From an uncultured delta proteobacterium (GTDB lineage Bacteria > Myxococcota_A > Polyangia > Haliangiales > Haliangiaceae), in assembly GCA_963848295.1 (NCBI GenBank), contig CAWKDB010000010.1, positions 480,001 through 544,000 of the forward strand: a stretch of DNA of 64,000 nucleotides. The letters run 5' to 3'. Positions 31,084 to 40,283 of this stretch are shown here, in pieces. A model generated the notes under the pieces. The model made no database searches and had not been told where the DNA came from. It saw nothing but the letters and a program-made list of their open reading frames with translations. A program made the translations under genes and the position numbers. Positions within the stretch are counted from its first letter, which is position 1. Each line of letters begins with the position of its first letter.

Positions 31084-31279
31084 GCCGGTTCCGTCACCGT
31101 CGCCGTCGCCGCTTCCGTTGCCGTCGCCGCTTCCGGTGCCGTCGCCATCGCCGATTCCGCGGCCGTCGCCGTCGCCGTAACCGTAACCGTAACCGTCTCC
31201 GCTGCAGATGCCGTCTCCGCTCCAGATGCCGTCTCCGCTGCAGATGCCGTCGCTGTCGCCGATGCTGTCGCTGTCGCCG
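31084..31279 (+). repeat. Degenerate hexamer tract (CCGTCG/CCGTAA) with an 18-bp sub-repeat ccgtctccgctgcagatg
   Basis: Visible directly. Lies immediately 3' of four-helix-bundle gene 1. Confidence 0.9.
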
Positions 31280-31651
31280 TCATTCGCGGCCCGATCGCCG
31301 GGGCCGCCGGCTGTGCGGCGGATGATCTCGATGGGTGAGGCGCCACAGGATCGCGCGGACGTGGTCGAGCGGCTCGTCGACCGCGGCGAAGTCCTCGGCG
31401 GAGATGATGCCGCGCGCCTTCGCGATCAGCAGCGCGGTCGTGAGCTCGCTCGCGCTGCCGGCGGCGCGCCGGAAGAAGTCGGGGCGATCGAGCCCAATGC
31501 GCATGCGGCCTTCGCTGAGATTGAGCGCGACGCTCTCGCCGGCGCGGACGATCTCGTCGGCGAGTGACTTTCGGGTGCGGCGAACCTTGGCTTCGATCGG
31601 GGCGAGCTGGTGCAGGACGGCGAGGGCGAAGTCGAGGGCGTAGAACGACAT
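31280..31651 (-). CDS. Four helix bundle protein (23S rRNA-IVP/bAvd-like), copy 1
   Basis: LADEIVRAGESVALNLSEG...FFRRAAGSASELTTALLIA matches the family pattern DQ..RA..SI..NIAEG...F..A.GS..E. RBS ggagg. Confidence 0.88.
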   Translation of the reverse strand: MSFYALDFALAVLHQLAPIEAKVRRTRKSLADEIVRAGESVALNLSEGRMRIGLDRPDFFRRAAGSASELTTALLIAKARGIISAEDFAAVDEPLDHVRAILWRLTHRDHPPHSRRPRRSGRE

Positions 31652-31673
31652 GAAGATCCTCCGAAGTGAGTGG

Positions 31674-31868
31674 CCGATGGGTGGGAACGTCTCTCTCTCG
31701 CCCTTCGCGCCGCACTCGCGCGGGTCCCGTGACGAGCGCGGGCGCTGACCACCGCACTCGCCGGCCGATCAACTCCGCGGCGGTCGCTCTCACACGCCGG
31801 CGCACTCGGCGCTCGGCGCGGGACAAGCGCGAAGCGGCGCAGGGCGAGAGAGACGTTCCGCCCGTCGG
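31674..31868 (-). ncRNA. Putative structured RNA leader upstream of four-helix-bundle gene 1
   Basis: Long closing inverted repeat (ggaacgtctctctcgccct / agggcgagagagagacgttcc) with nested stems. Homologous to 32024-32208 with compensatory changes. Confidence 0.6.
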
Positions 31869-31900
31869 CGCGAGCGAAGGAGCGTCGAGTGTTCTAAGGA

Positions 31901-32006
31901 CGCCGACGTCGCCGTTGCCGCAGCCGCAGCCGTTGCCGTCGCCGTTGCCGTCGCCGTCGCCGTCGCCGTTGCCGTCGCCGTTGCCGCAGCCGTCGCCGTC
32001 GCCGCC
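31901..32006 (+). repeat. Hexamer tract (CCGTCG/CCGTTG/CCGCAG)n
   Basis: Visible directly. Separates the two divergent leader + gene units. Confidence 0.9.
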
Positions 32007-32023
32007 TTTTGTCCTCGCGGCTT

Positions 32024-32208
32024 CCGATCGCCGGGGCCGTCGCCCTGCGCCGCTTCGCGCCAGCGCCGCGCCGAGCGCCGAAACCACCGACGCGCGCGGA
32101 GTACCGCCGCAGAGTTGGATCGACCGACGCGTGCGGAGGTTTGTGCCTGCGCTCGTCACGGCGCCGGCGCGAGTGCGGCGCGACGGGCGAGACGGCCCCG
32201 GCGATCGG
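32024..32208 (+). ncRNA. Putative structured RNA leader upstream of four-helix-bundle gene 2
   Basis: Closing stem ccgatcgccggggccgtc / gacggccccggcgatcgg. Same inner stems as copy 1. Confidence 0.6.
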
Positions 32209-32237
32209 TGCGCCGCTCATCCACGAAAGGAATCGCC

Positions 32238-32558
32238 ATGCTCGACGTCCTCGCTCAGTCGCTCACCGTCCTCGAACAGCTCGCCCCGGTCGAGCCGAAG
32301 CTGCGGGCTCGCCGCAAGTCGCTCGCCGACGAGATCGGCCGCGCCGCCGAGAGCGTGGCTCTCAACATCGCCGAAGCGAGCGCACGCGCCGGCCTCGATC
32401 GGCCCGACATATTCCGCCGGGCGTTCGGCAGCGCGCGCGAGCTGTCGACCGCGCTCATGATCGCCAAGGCGCGCGGCTACATCACCGCCGAGGACTTCGC
32501 CGCGATCGAGGCACCACTCGATCGCGTCCGCGCGATGCTGTTCCGGCTCACGCGGTGA
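32238..32558 (+). CDS. Four helix bundle protein (23S rRNA-IVP/bAvd-like), copy 2
   Basis: LADEIGRAAESVALNIAEA...FRRAFGSARELSTALMIA. RBS aagga. Clear paralogue of copy 1. Confidence 0.88.
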   Translation: MLDVLAQSLTVLEQLAPVEPKLRARRKSLADEIGRAAESVALNIAEASARAGLDRPDIFRRAFGSARELSTALMIAKARGYITAEDFAAIEAPLDRVRAMLFRLTR

Positions 32559-32605
32559 GCGCGCGCGCCGGCGCTGATTCCGGCACCCTTTGCCGAATTC
32601 AAACG

Positions 32606-32687
32606 AGCCGGAGCCGGAGTCGCCGTCTCCGCTGCCCTCGCCGTTTCCGCTGCCGTCGCCGTCACCGTCGCGGCTGCCGTCACCGCC
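32606..32687 (+). repeat. Degenerate hexamer tract (CCGTCG-like)
   Basis: Visible directly. Lies 3' of four-helix-bundle gene 2. Confidence 0.85.
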
Positions 32688-33781
32688 TAGTCGCCTTCGC
32701 CGACGACGACGCGCTCGACGCGAGGCAGCGCCTTCAACGCCGCGAGCGCACCGCGCGAGAGCTGCGTGCCGCGGACGTCGACGACGCGCAGCGCCGGCAA
32801 CGCCTTCAGGTGCGCGACGACCGCGTCGGTGATCCCGGTGCTCGCGAGCGAGAGCTCGGCGAGGCCGGCAATCGCGGCGAGCTTCGCGACGCCCTTGTCG
32901 GTGATCCGCGTGCGACCGGCGCGCAGGATCCGCACGTTCGTACCGGCGAGCGCGGCAAAGCCGACGTCGGTGACGTTTGCAGGCTCGAGGTCGAGCGTGT
33001 TTAGCGCCGGCAAGCGCGCGACGGCTTCGAGCCCCGCGTCGTCGAGCTTGCAATAGCGAATCGCGACGGTCGTCAGCTTCTTCAGTCCGCGCAGCTCGTC
33101 GAACCCCGCGCCGGTGATCGGCGCGCGCTCGATGTGGAGCTCCTCGAGCCCGGACAGCGGCGCGATCATCGAGAAATCGTCGTCGGTGACGGCGAGCTTG
33201 ATCAGCCGGAGCACGCGCAGCTTCTTGAAGCTCGCGAGCTGTCCGAGCCCGGCGCGAGACAAGCCACCGCCGCTGCGCGCCGCACCGCCGACCGAGAGGA
33301 TCTCGACATCGCCGCGCGCGAGCATCTCGAGGTGTGACGACGTCACCGCGGTGTTGCGCATGTCGGCGGCGATCAGCTCGCCCTGCGGACCGACGTCGCA
33401 CGTGCCGCCGAGCTCCTCGACCAACTCGATCAGATCGGCGTCGCGCCTCGGCACGGCTTCGACCTCGAGCGGGGCCCAGATCCCGGCGCCCGCCTTCTCC
33501 GCCGCTGCCACCGCCGCGCGATAGCTCGTTCCGGTCGGTACCCACTCTTCGGGCGCGAACAGCACGCCGCGCGGATCTTCGTGGGCGTCGAAGTCGTCGC
33601 CGAGCTTGGCGCTCAGCACCTCGACGACCTGCTCCGGTTGGAGCTCGAAGCCGACGAACGCGTAGCCGAGGTTGACGACCACGCAGTCGATGCCGATCGA
33701 CCGCAGCCGATGACGTTCGATCATCCGGCGACGAAACGCGGGATCCGGGATGTGAAGCAAAGCAATGGCATCGATGCTCAT
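32687..33781 (-). CDS. Leucine-rich repeat protein
   Basis: Repeats LxxLxLxxxxITDxG in the C-terminal half. Confidence 0.85.
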   Translation of the reverse strand: MSIDAIALLHIPDPAFRRRMIERHRLRSIGIDCVVVNLGYAFVGFELQPEQVVEVLSAKLGDDFDAHEDPRGVLFAPEEWVPTGTSYRAAVAAAEKAGAGIWAPLEVEAVPRRDADLIELVEELGGTCDVGPQGELIAADMRNTAVTSSHLEMLARGDVEILSVGGAARSGGGLSRAGLGQLASFKKLRVLRLIKLAVTDDDFSMIAPLSGLEELHIERAPITGAGFDELRGLKKLTTVAIRYCKLDDAGLEAVARLPALNTLDLEPANVTDVGFAALAGTNVRILRAGRTRITDKGVAKLAAIAGLAELSLASTGITDAVVAHLKALPALRVVDVRGTQLSRGALAALKALPRVERVVVGEGD

Positions 33782-33796
33782 CGGTACACCTGTGAC

Positions 33797-35158
33797 TTAT
33801 AGCGCCAGCGACGCCGCGAGATCGTAGTCGCTCGCCTGCGTCACCTTCGCGCGAACGATCGAGCCGGGCGCGGCATGGCCATCGGCTAGATAGGTAACTC
33901 CGTCGATGCCGGGCGCCTGGCCGTACCATCGACCCTCGAGCAGATGCTCGGACTCGCTCGACACACCCTCGACGAGGACATCGAGCTCGCGCCCGACCAT
34001 CGCCTCGTGGCGCGCGAGGCTGACCTGGCGCTGCAGCTCCATCAGCTTCTGCTGACGATCGGCGGCGACTCCGGACGGGACGCGATTCGGTAACATCGCC
34101 GACACCGTGCCGGGCTCGATCGAGTACGTGAAAGCACCGGCGCGCTCGAACTTCGACTCCGCGACGAACTCGCACAGGTCGTCGAACTCGGCGTCGGTCT
34201 CGCCGGGATGGCCGACGATGAACGTCGTGCGCAACACGACGTCGTCGATCCGCTCGCGCAGCTTCGCGACGAGCTCGCGGGTGACTCGGCTCGAGTGGCC
34301 GCGGCGCATTCGCTTGAGCATCGTGTCGCTGATGTGTTGCAGCGGCACGTCGATGTACTTGACGACTTTCGGCTCGCTCGCGATCGCGTCGATCAGATCG
34401 TCGTCGAACGCGCTCGGGAACGTGTAGTGCAAGCGGATCCACCGCACGCCGTCGACCGCGCCGAGCGCGCGCAACAACTTCGCGAGCGTCGGCCGCGACT
34501 GTGGATCGCTGCCGGCGTCCCAGCCGTAGCGCGTGAGGTCCTGCGCGATCAGGTTGAGCTCGATCGCGCCTTGTCCGGCGAGCGCGCGCGCCTCGGCGAC
34601 GATGTCGGCGATCGGGCGGCTGCGCTGCGGCCCGCGCAGCTTCGGGATGATGCAGAACGCGCACGGCCGATCGCAGCCCTCAGCGATCTTGACGTACGCG
34701 CTGTGACCGCGGCCGATCCGGACGCGCGGTGCGTCGTGATCGTAGATGTACGCCGGCGTAGCGCTGACCTCGATCATCGGCAGGCCCTTGGCCCTGCGTT
34801 TCACCGGTGCGAGCGCGTTCGCGATGCCCTGGAAGTCGGCCGAGCCGAGGATGTGATCGATCTCGGGGATGTCGTTGGCGAGCTCGGCGCTATAGCGCTG
34901 CGCGAGGCAGCCGGTGACGACGAGCTTGCGCGCGCCCGACTTCTTGTGCTCGGCCATCTCGAGGATCGCATCGATGCTCTCCTCTTTCGCGGCATCGATG
35001 AACGCGCAGGTGTTGACGACGATGACGTCGGCGGCCTCGGGCGCATCGACCAGGGCGTGACCGGCGGCCTTGACCTGGCCGAGCATCAATTCGGTGTCGA
35101 CCTGGTTCTTCGGACAGCCGAGCGACACGAAGTAAATGCGTTGTCCGGTGGAGGCCAT
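33797..35158 (-). CDS. rimO: Ribosomal protein S12 methylthiotransferase RimO
   Basis: SLGCPKNQVD, NTCAFIDAAKEES, EGCDRPCAFC and a TRAM-domain C-terminus. Confidence 0.95.
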   Translation of the reverse strand: MASTGQRIYFVSLGCPKNQVDTELMLGQVKAAGHALVDAPEAADVIVVNTCAFIDAAKEESIDAILEMAEHKKSGARKLVVTGCLAQRYSAELANDIPEIDHILGSADFQGIANALAPVKRRAKGLPMIEVSATPAYIYDHDAPRVRIGRGHSAYVKIAEGCDRPCAFCIIPKLRGPQRSRPIADIVAEARALAGQGAIELNLIAQDLTRYGWDAGSDPQSRPTLAKLLRALGAVDGVRWIRLHYTFPSAFDDDLIDAIASEPKVVKYIDVPLQHISDTMLKRMRRGHSSRVTRELVAKLRERIDDVVLRTTFIVGHPGETDAEFDDLCEFVAESKFERAGAFTYSIEPGTVSAMLPNRVPSGVAADRQQKLMELQRQVSLARHEAMVGRELDVLVEGVSSESEHLLEGRWYGQAPGIDGVTYLADGHAAPGSIVRAKVTQASDYDLAASLAL

Positions 35159-35238
35159 CGCGGCCGGGCAGTCTGGTCCGGCCGCCGGACAGTGTCAACC
35201 AAGAAGGCGCCTCGGCCCCTTGACGTAGAAGGCGAGAA

Positions 35239-36699
35239 TTACTCGTACTTCGACCAGGCGGGGTCGCCGGCGAGCAGCAGGATCGCCTCGGCCGCCTGAA
35301 CTTGCTCGGTATCCTTGCCGCGATCGACCGCCGCGATCAGCGGCACGAGCAGCGGACCGGGGTCGAGCCCGGGGTCGAGCTCGCGCAGCGCCCGCGCGGC
35401 GCCGACCCGGAGCGAAGGGATCTCGAGCTGCTTGACCAACACGGGGCGAGCGACCGGCTCGTGGAGATGGGCGAGCGCCGCGGCGGCGAACGCGTTGAAC
35501 CGCGGGTCGGCCAATAGCGTCTGGAGATCGGCGATCACGTCGACCGAATTCGCCCGGCCCAAGGCGATCGTCGCGCGCGCGCGGTCGTCCGGCGTCGCGT
35601 GTGCATCGCCGCGCACCTGATCGAGCACCTTGAGCGCGTGGGGCTCTCGGAGATACGCGAGCTGCTCGGCCGCGGACAGCTTGGTCTGCGCGATGTCGAG
35701 GAACTCCAGCAGCATCGGAATCGCCCGCTGATCGCCGAGCAAGGCGAGGCGACGCGCGGCCTCGGCCTTGACGTCGCGCCGCGGCGAATTCAGCGCCGCC
35801 GCGAGCTGAGCGCTCCACTTCGGGTCGGCCTTCGGCGCGCGCGCGAGCGCATACGCGTCTTCGAGCTGCTCGAGGTCGTTGCCGGCTTGGGTCGCAGCGG
35901 CGAGATCGCGGACGAGCGTCGCTTGAGCCGACGCATCGCCGGTGCGCGCCAGGGCGGCAGCGGCGAGCCGTTGGATCCGCGACGGCTCGCCGGCGAGCAA
36001 TGGCGCGAGCACCGCGCGCGCACGCGCGAGCGCCGCCGGCGCGGCCATGACCTCGGGCTTCGCCGGCGCGGGTTGCTCGACGACGTGAGCCGCCACCGCG
36101 CCGCCCGCGGTCGGTTTCGCCGCGTGCGAGCGATGCAACCAGTGATCGAAGTAGCCGAGGCGAAGCGCCGCAAACCCGCCGCCGGCGAGCACGACGAGGA
36201 TCGCGAGCGCGATCCAGCCGGCGCGGCTCCTCGGCGGATCGTCGACGTCGACGTAGTCGTCGAGGTGCCCGGTCTCGGCGACCTGGATCGCACCGTCGGT
36301 CTCGGCGCGGGTGCTCGCCGCCGCCGACACCCGGCCGCTCGACGCGCGCGCGTCGGCCGCGCTGGTCACGACTCCACTGGCCGGTTCGTGCAGGATCTCG
36401 ATCACCGGGCCGCTGTCGACCAGCGCTTGCTCCGACTTGATCCCTCCGGGCGGTGTCCGCCGAGTCGATGCGGCGACGCCGGTCGGCGGCGTGCGCTTCG
36501 CCGGCACGGTCGGCTCGGAACGCGCGCGCTCCTTCTTGGCGACGATCACCGGCGCAGCGACCGGCGCGGCGACCGGGCGCGACTCGGCGGCCGCGGCGCA
36601 CTCTCTCGAGCAATAGCCGACGACCTTGCCGTCGCGCACCCCGACGTTGCGCGCGCGCAACGGGTCGACGTCTTTCCCGCATGTCGGACAGCTCATCAT
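35239..36699 (-). CDS. Membrane protein with N-terminal Cys-rich (TRASH/YHS-like) motif and C-terminal HEAT repeats
   Basis: CPTC...YCSREC, one TM helix, then HEAT-like repeats. Confidence 0.7.
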   Translation of the reverse strand: MMSCPTCGKDVDPLRARNVGVRDGKVVGYCSRECAAAAESRPVAAPVAAPVIVAKKERARSEPTVPAKRTPPTGVAASTRRTPPGGIKSEQALVDSGPVIEILHEPASGVVTSAADARASSGRVSAAASTRAETDGAIQVAETGHLDDYVDVDDPPRSRAGWIALAILVVLAGGGFAALRLGYFDHWLHRSHAAKPTAGGAVAAHVVEQPAPAKPEVMAAPAALARARAVLAPLLAGEPSRIQRLAAAALARTGDASAQATLVRDLAAATQAGNDLEQLEDAYALARAPKADPKWSAQLAAALNSPRRDVKAEAARRLALLGDQRAIPMLLEFLDIAQTKLSAAEQLAYLREPHALKVLDQVRGDAHATPDDRARATIALGRANSVDVIADLQTLLADPRFNAFAAAALAHLHEPVARPVLVKQLEIPSLRVGAARALRELDPGLDPGPLLVPLIAAVDRGKDTEQVQAAEAILLLAGDPAWSKYE

Positions 36700-37775
36700 G
36701 GCAGGGCGAGAACGGCATCTTCGCCCAGCTTTGCGATCAACTGGTCGATGTGGTGCACCAGATGATCACGACGGGCAAGGAGCGCATCGATTTCAGCCGG
36801 CTGGAGCAGTGGCCCCAGGCCGATATCGTCACTCGCGACCGCCGCGGTCACCGATGCCACCGTCAGCCCGCGCAAGCGCTCGACCAGGCCGCGCGGAAAC
36901 ACCTCGATGCGGTCGAGCGGGCGGAGGTTCGTTTCGTGGCCGAGCGTGAACAGCGAGAACGACAGCGTGTTGTCCATGAAGTAGAGCGTCTTGCCGTCGG
37001 GCGAGCCCTTCGTATTCGAGCCGCTCCATCGATCGGCGTTATCGATGAGGATGTCGAACAAGACGCAGGCCGCGAGCTGTTCGACGATCGGCCGGACCTC
37101 GGGTGGAATCGTCGCGCCCGCTTGCAGATAACCGGTCCACAGCGCCATCCCTTCGGGCTCGTCGACCGGCGTGCCGGCGATCGCGAGGTCGCGAATCTCG
37201 GGAATCCACCACGATAGCTCGCCGTGGATGACGCCACCCTGCGCGATCGCCTCGTCGGCGAGCCGACCTGCGACGTAGGTACGTAAGCCCGGCTCGACCG
37301 CGGCGACGAGTTGGTCGACGCTGAACGTCCCGGGTTTCGCGGGCGGGACGTGACCGATCTCGAGCAGGCGATCGATGCGATACGCGGCGATCTCGCGGCG
37401 CGGATCCGATTGCGGGTGGATCTGTTGCGGCTTGAACGCGGCGCGCGCGCCCGAAGCGAACTCGAGCCGCAACGACAGCGACGTGCCGCCGCGGTTGACC
37501 TTGACCTTCGCGAGCGGGGTCGCGGCGATCGGGCCGAGCAGGACGTCGTCTGACGCGTCGAACACCGTCTTCAGCATCGCCGGGGCAGCGATGTCGAGCC
37601 GCCCGGTCGGCAACCGCACCGGCGCCCGCGAGTGCTCGACGGTCGCGGCCGAGGCTTCGCGCTCGGAGAAGTACACGCCGGCGACCGAGGTCGCGCGCTG
37701 CACGCCGAGCACGACGCCGCCGACCGCGCCCACTGCGACGGCTAGCTCGAGCGCGATGCAGGTCCCCAACCGCAC
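36696..37775 (-). CDS. Secreted/anchored atypical kinase-like protein (Fam20C/CotH/PI3-4-kinase-like fold)
   Basis: AAFKP, REIAAYRIDRLL, FDILIDNADR, YFMDN. Confidence 0.65.
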   Translation of the reverse strand: MRLGTCIALELAVAVGAVGGVVLGVQRATSVAGVYFSEREASAATVEHSRAPVRLPTGRLDIAAPAMLKTVFDASDDVLLGPIAATPLAKVKVNRGGTSLSLRLEFASGARAAFKPQQIHPQSDPRREIAAYRIDRLLEIGHVPPAKPGTFSVDQLVAAVEPGLRTYVAGRLADEAIAQGGVIHGELSWWIPEIRDLAIAGTPVDEPEGMALWTGYLQAGATIPPEVRPIVEQLAACVLFDILIDNADRWSGSNTKGSPDGKTLYFMDNTLSFSLFTLGHETNLRPLDRIEVFPRGLVERLRGLTVASVTAAVASDDIGLGPLLQPAEIDALLARRDHLVHHIDQLIAKLGEDAVLALP

Positions 37776-37836
37776 GCTGACAAACGTATCACGCGGCGGA
37801 TTTTCGTCGCAAAACAGGTTCGGGAGCGAACCGGTT

Positions 37837-38016
37837 TTATTCGACGACGTACGCGGCCTTGCGATGGCGCGCGGTCGGCACGTGCTTCTCCCAGCAGGTC
37901 GCCGAGCAGAACCGGAGCTTGAGCCGCCCCGTGTTGCACGACGCGACCGTGCAGCGGATCGCCGACGTTCCCGGCGGGATCAGCTTGCGGCAGGTCGCAC
38001 AGACCAAGCTGGCCAT
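37837..38016 (-). CDS. Small Cys/His-rich putative zinc-binding protein (59 aa, below the ORF-track cutoff)
   Basis: MASLVCATCRKLIPPGTSAIRCTVASCNTGRLKLRFCSATCWEKHVPTARHRKAAYVVE*. Co-oriented with neighbours and fills the intergenic gap. Confidence 0.7.
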   Translation of the reverse strand: MASLVCATCRKLIPPGTSAIRCTVASCNTGRLKLRFCSATCWEKHVPTARHRKAAYVVE

Positions 38017-38090
38017 GTCATGTGGTTAACACGGCGCGGCGCTCGTGCCCACGCCGTGCGCCTTGCATAACTACTTCCGGATCTGCTCGA

Positions 38091-39158
38091 CTAGTCCGCG
38101 CCGCCCTTCGGCGGCGGTGCCGGCGCGGGCGAGCCCGCGCCGTCGATCGCGGCTTCGAGCTCGGCGGTGCTGTGCACCACGCGCCTCACCATGCCGGCGC
38201 TGTCGATCACGACCGTGTGGGGGATCGAGCTGACCCCGTAGCGGTCGCTCGTGTCGCCGTCATCGGCAAGGAGCACGAGCGAATAGCCCTTGCGATCGAA
38301 GATCTCGCGTGCCGCCACGGGATCGTCGAGATTGATCGCGAGGACCTCGACGTCGGGGTGCTTGCGCGCGAACGCGTCGAGCGCCGGCATCGAGGCGAGG
38401 CACGGGCCACACCAGGTCGCCCAAAAATCGACGATCGCGATCTTGTCGTGCGGCAGCGAGACCTTGGCGCCGAGCGCGCCCCCCGGGCCGACCGCGGGCA
38501 ACGCGAACGTCGGCGCGGGCTCGCCTGCGACGACCGGTCGCACCAGATCGGAGTTCTCTACGAGCCACGCGACCTGCACGCCGAAACCCGCCGCCGCGAC
38601 CAGCAGCGTGGCGAGCCCCGCGGCGTGCGCTCGAGCCGGCACGATCCCCGGCGCGGCGCGTCGACGCTCGCCGGCGATCGCGAGCGCGACCAACGCCCCG
38701 GTCCACGCGTACGAACCGCCCGACAACAACCGCATCCCGAGCTCGGGCATCGAGACGTCGAACAGGCGCACGACGAGCGTGGCTGCGAGCTCGACAAAGA
38801 TTAGCGGGAGCACCGCGACGCACGCGAGATCGAAGGCCCGGCCGAGCTCGCGCCGCCGGCCGTCGGCCGCGAAGATCGCGACCGCGGCGATCACCAGCAG
38901 CACGAGATCGACGGTCACGCTCGTCGCCAGGACGTGGACCAGCGAGCGCAGGCCCAGCCCCCAGTCGACCGCCGAACCGACCCACAGCGAGGCGAACACC
39001 CCGCGCAGCTGAGTGGCGAGTACGAGCACCAGCACCATCGCGAGCAGATCGGATCCCGAGCGGCCGGCGTTGTCGCGATCACCGGCGATCGCGAGCGCTT
39101 GCTTCGGCGCGACGATCGCGAGGCCGAGCCGATCGACGAACCGGGCGCCGGCCGTCAC
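38091..39158 (-). CDS. Membrane-anchored TlpA-family thiol-disulfide oxidoreductase
   Basis: N-terminal TM helices, DFWATWCGPC, YGVSSIP. Confidence 0.88.
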   Translation of the reverse strand: MTAGARFVDRLGLAIVAPKQALAIAGDRDNAGRSGSDLLAMVLVLVLATQLRGVFASLWVGSAVDWGLGLRSLVHVLATSVTVDLVLLVIAAVAIFAADGRRRELGRAFDLACVAVLPLIFVELAATLVVRLFDVSMPELGMRLLSGGSYAWTGALVALAIAGERRRAAPGIVPARAHAAGLATLLVAAAGFGVQVAWLVENSDLVRPVVAGEPAPTFALPAVGPGGALGAKVSLPHDKIAIVDFWATWCGPCLASMPALDAFARKHPDVEVLAINLDDPVAAREIFDRKGYSLVLLADDGDTSDRYGVSSIPHTVVIDSAGMVRRVVHSTAELEAAIDGAGSPAPAPPPKGGAD

Positions 39159-40267
39159 TTCTTGGCGCCGCCGCCGCTGCGATTCATCATCAGCTTGCGC
39201 GCCTGTGCGACGAGCGCCGACGCCACGCCTTTGCTGCGCGCGAGGTTCTGCAGATCATTCTGGCGCAGGAACGGAAGCAAGCGCGCCGCCTCGGGGATCG
39301 AGGTCTTGGGGTTGCGACACAGCGAGACCTTCACAGCGTACAGCTTGGTCCATTCTCGGCGCTGAGCAATGTAGCGAATGACGTCCTCGTTGAGCGTCGC
39401 GTTGCCGGCGTAGCGCGCGGCCTCGATCTCGGTGACGCCCGGCGACTTGATCGCGGCGAGCGACACGATCTTGTGTGGATCGCGAATCGCGCGCGAGCGT
39501 GCGAATGCGTTGCCGAGCGTCGCGAGTCGGATCTTCGCCGGCAGCGACAGTGTCTCGTACGGCATCTTGGCCGCGTCTTCGACGTCGGCGTCGCTCGCAT
39601 CCTCGGGCAGCGCTTGTTCGGCGTCGCCTTTGGTCAGCGCGCTGTCATCGCCGCTCGCCGCTGCCGCCGCCGCCGCGAACTGCGCGTCGATCTCGGGTGT
39701 CGTCGCCGGCGCGCCCTGCAGCGCGCGCGCGACCTCGTCCCACGCCGCGAGCCCCGGCACGCGGACGTTGTTGCGCACCGCGAGCTCGACCGCGCGATCG
39801 ACGGTCGACATCCGCGCCTGCTTGTTCAAGTACATCGCCGCGATGATCTCGGGATAGCGCAGCAGGCGTTGCTCGTTCGCCGAGATCCGCTCGATCTCCT
39901 TCGCGGTGGCACGCGTGGCGAGCGCGGCGATCGAGCTATCCGCGATCGCGGCGTTGCCGACCAGCGCCTCGAACGCGCCGGGCTTGTCGCCGCACAACTG
40001 CGCGAACAGATCGAGCACGCGCGGATCGGTCGCGGCATCACCGAGCGCGCCTACGAGCACCTTGTCGGGCAGATCCGCCGCCGTCGCGCGCGCGGTCTGA
40101 GCGAGCGCCGAGTCGCCGTCGATCGCGAGCTGATACAGCACGGCGAGTTGGTCCGCCGGGGTCAGCGGCAACATGCCGCGCGAAGCCATCATGCGTCCCG
40201 GGCCGGGCCGCAGCGCTTTCTGCGCCGCGGCGGACAGCGCACCGATATCGAGCGGCGTATGGTCCAT
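39155..40267 (-). CDS. Conserved hypothetical helical-repeat protein
   Basis: Long ORF overlapping both neighbours in operon fashion, with KIRLATLGN..RDP..LCRNPKT motifs. Confidence 0.75.
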   Translation of the reverse strand: MDHTPLDIGALSAAAQKALRPGPGRMMASRGMLPLTPADQLAVLYQLAIDGDSALAQTARATAADLPDKVLVGALGDAATDPRVLDLFAQLCGDKPGAFEALVGNAAIADSSIAALATRATAKEIERISANEQRLLRYPEIIAAMYLNKQARMSTVDRAVELAVRNNVRVPGLAAWDEVARALQGAPATTPEIDAQFAAAAAAASGDDSALTKGDAEQALPEDASDADVEDAAKMPYETLSLPAKIRLATLGNAFARSRAIRDPHKIVSLAAIKSPGVTEIEAARYAGNATLNEDVIRYIAQRREWTKLYAVKVSLCRNPKTSIPEAARLLPFLRQNDLQNLARSKGVASALVAQARKLMMNRSGGGAKK

Positions 40268-40283
40268 GACGATCGTCGCGCGC

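Noticed and set aside
31280..32558. 23S rRNA intervening sequence
   Set aside because: No rRNA sequence flanks the four-helix-bundle genes.
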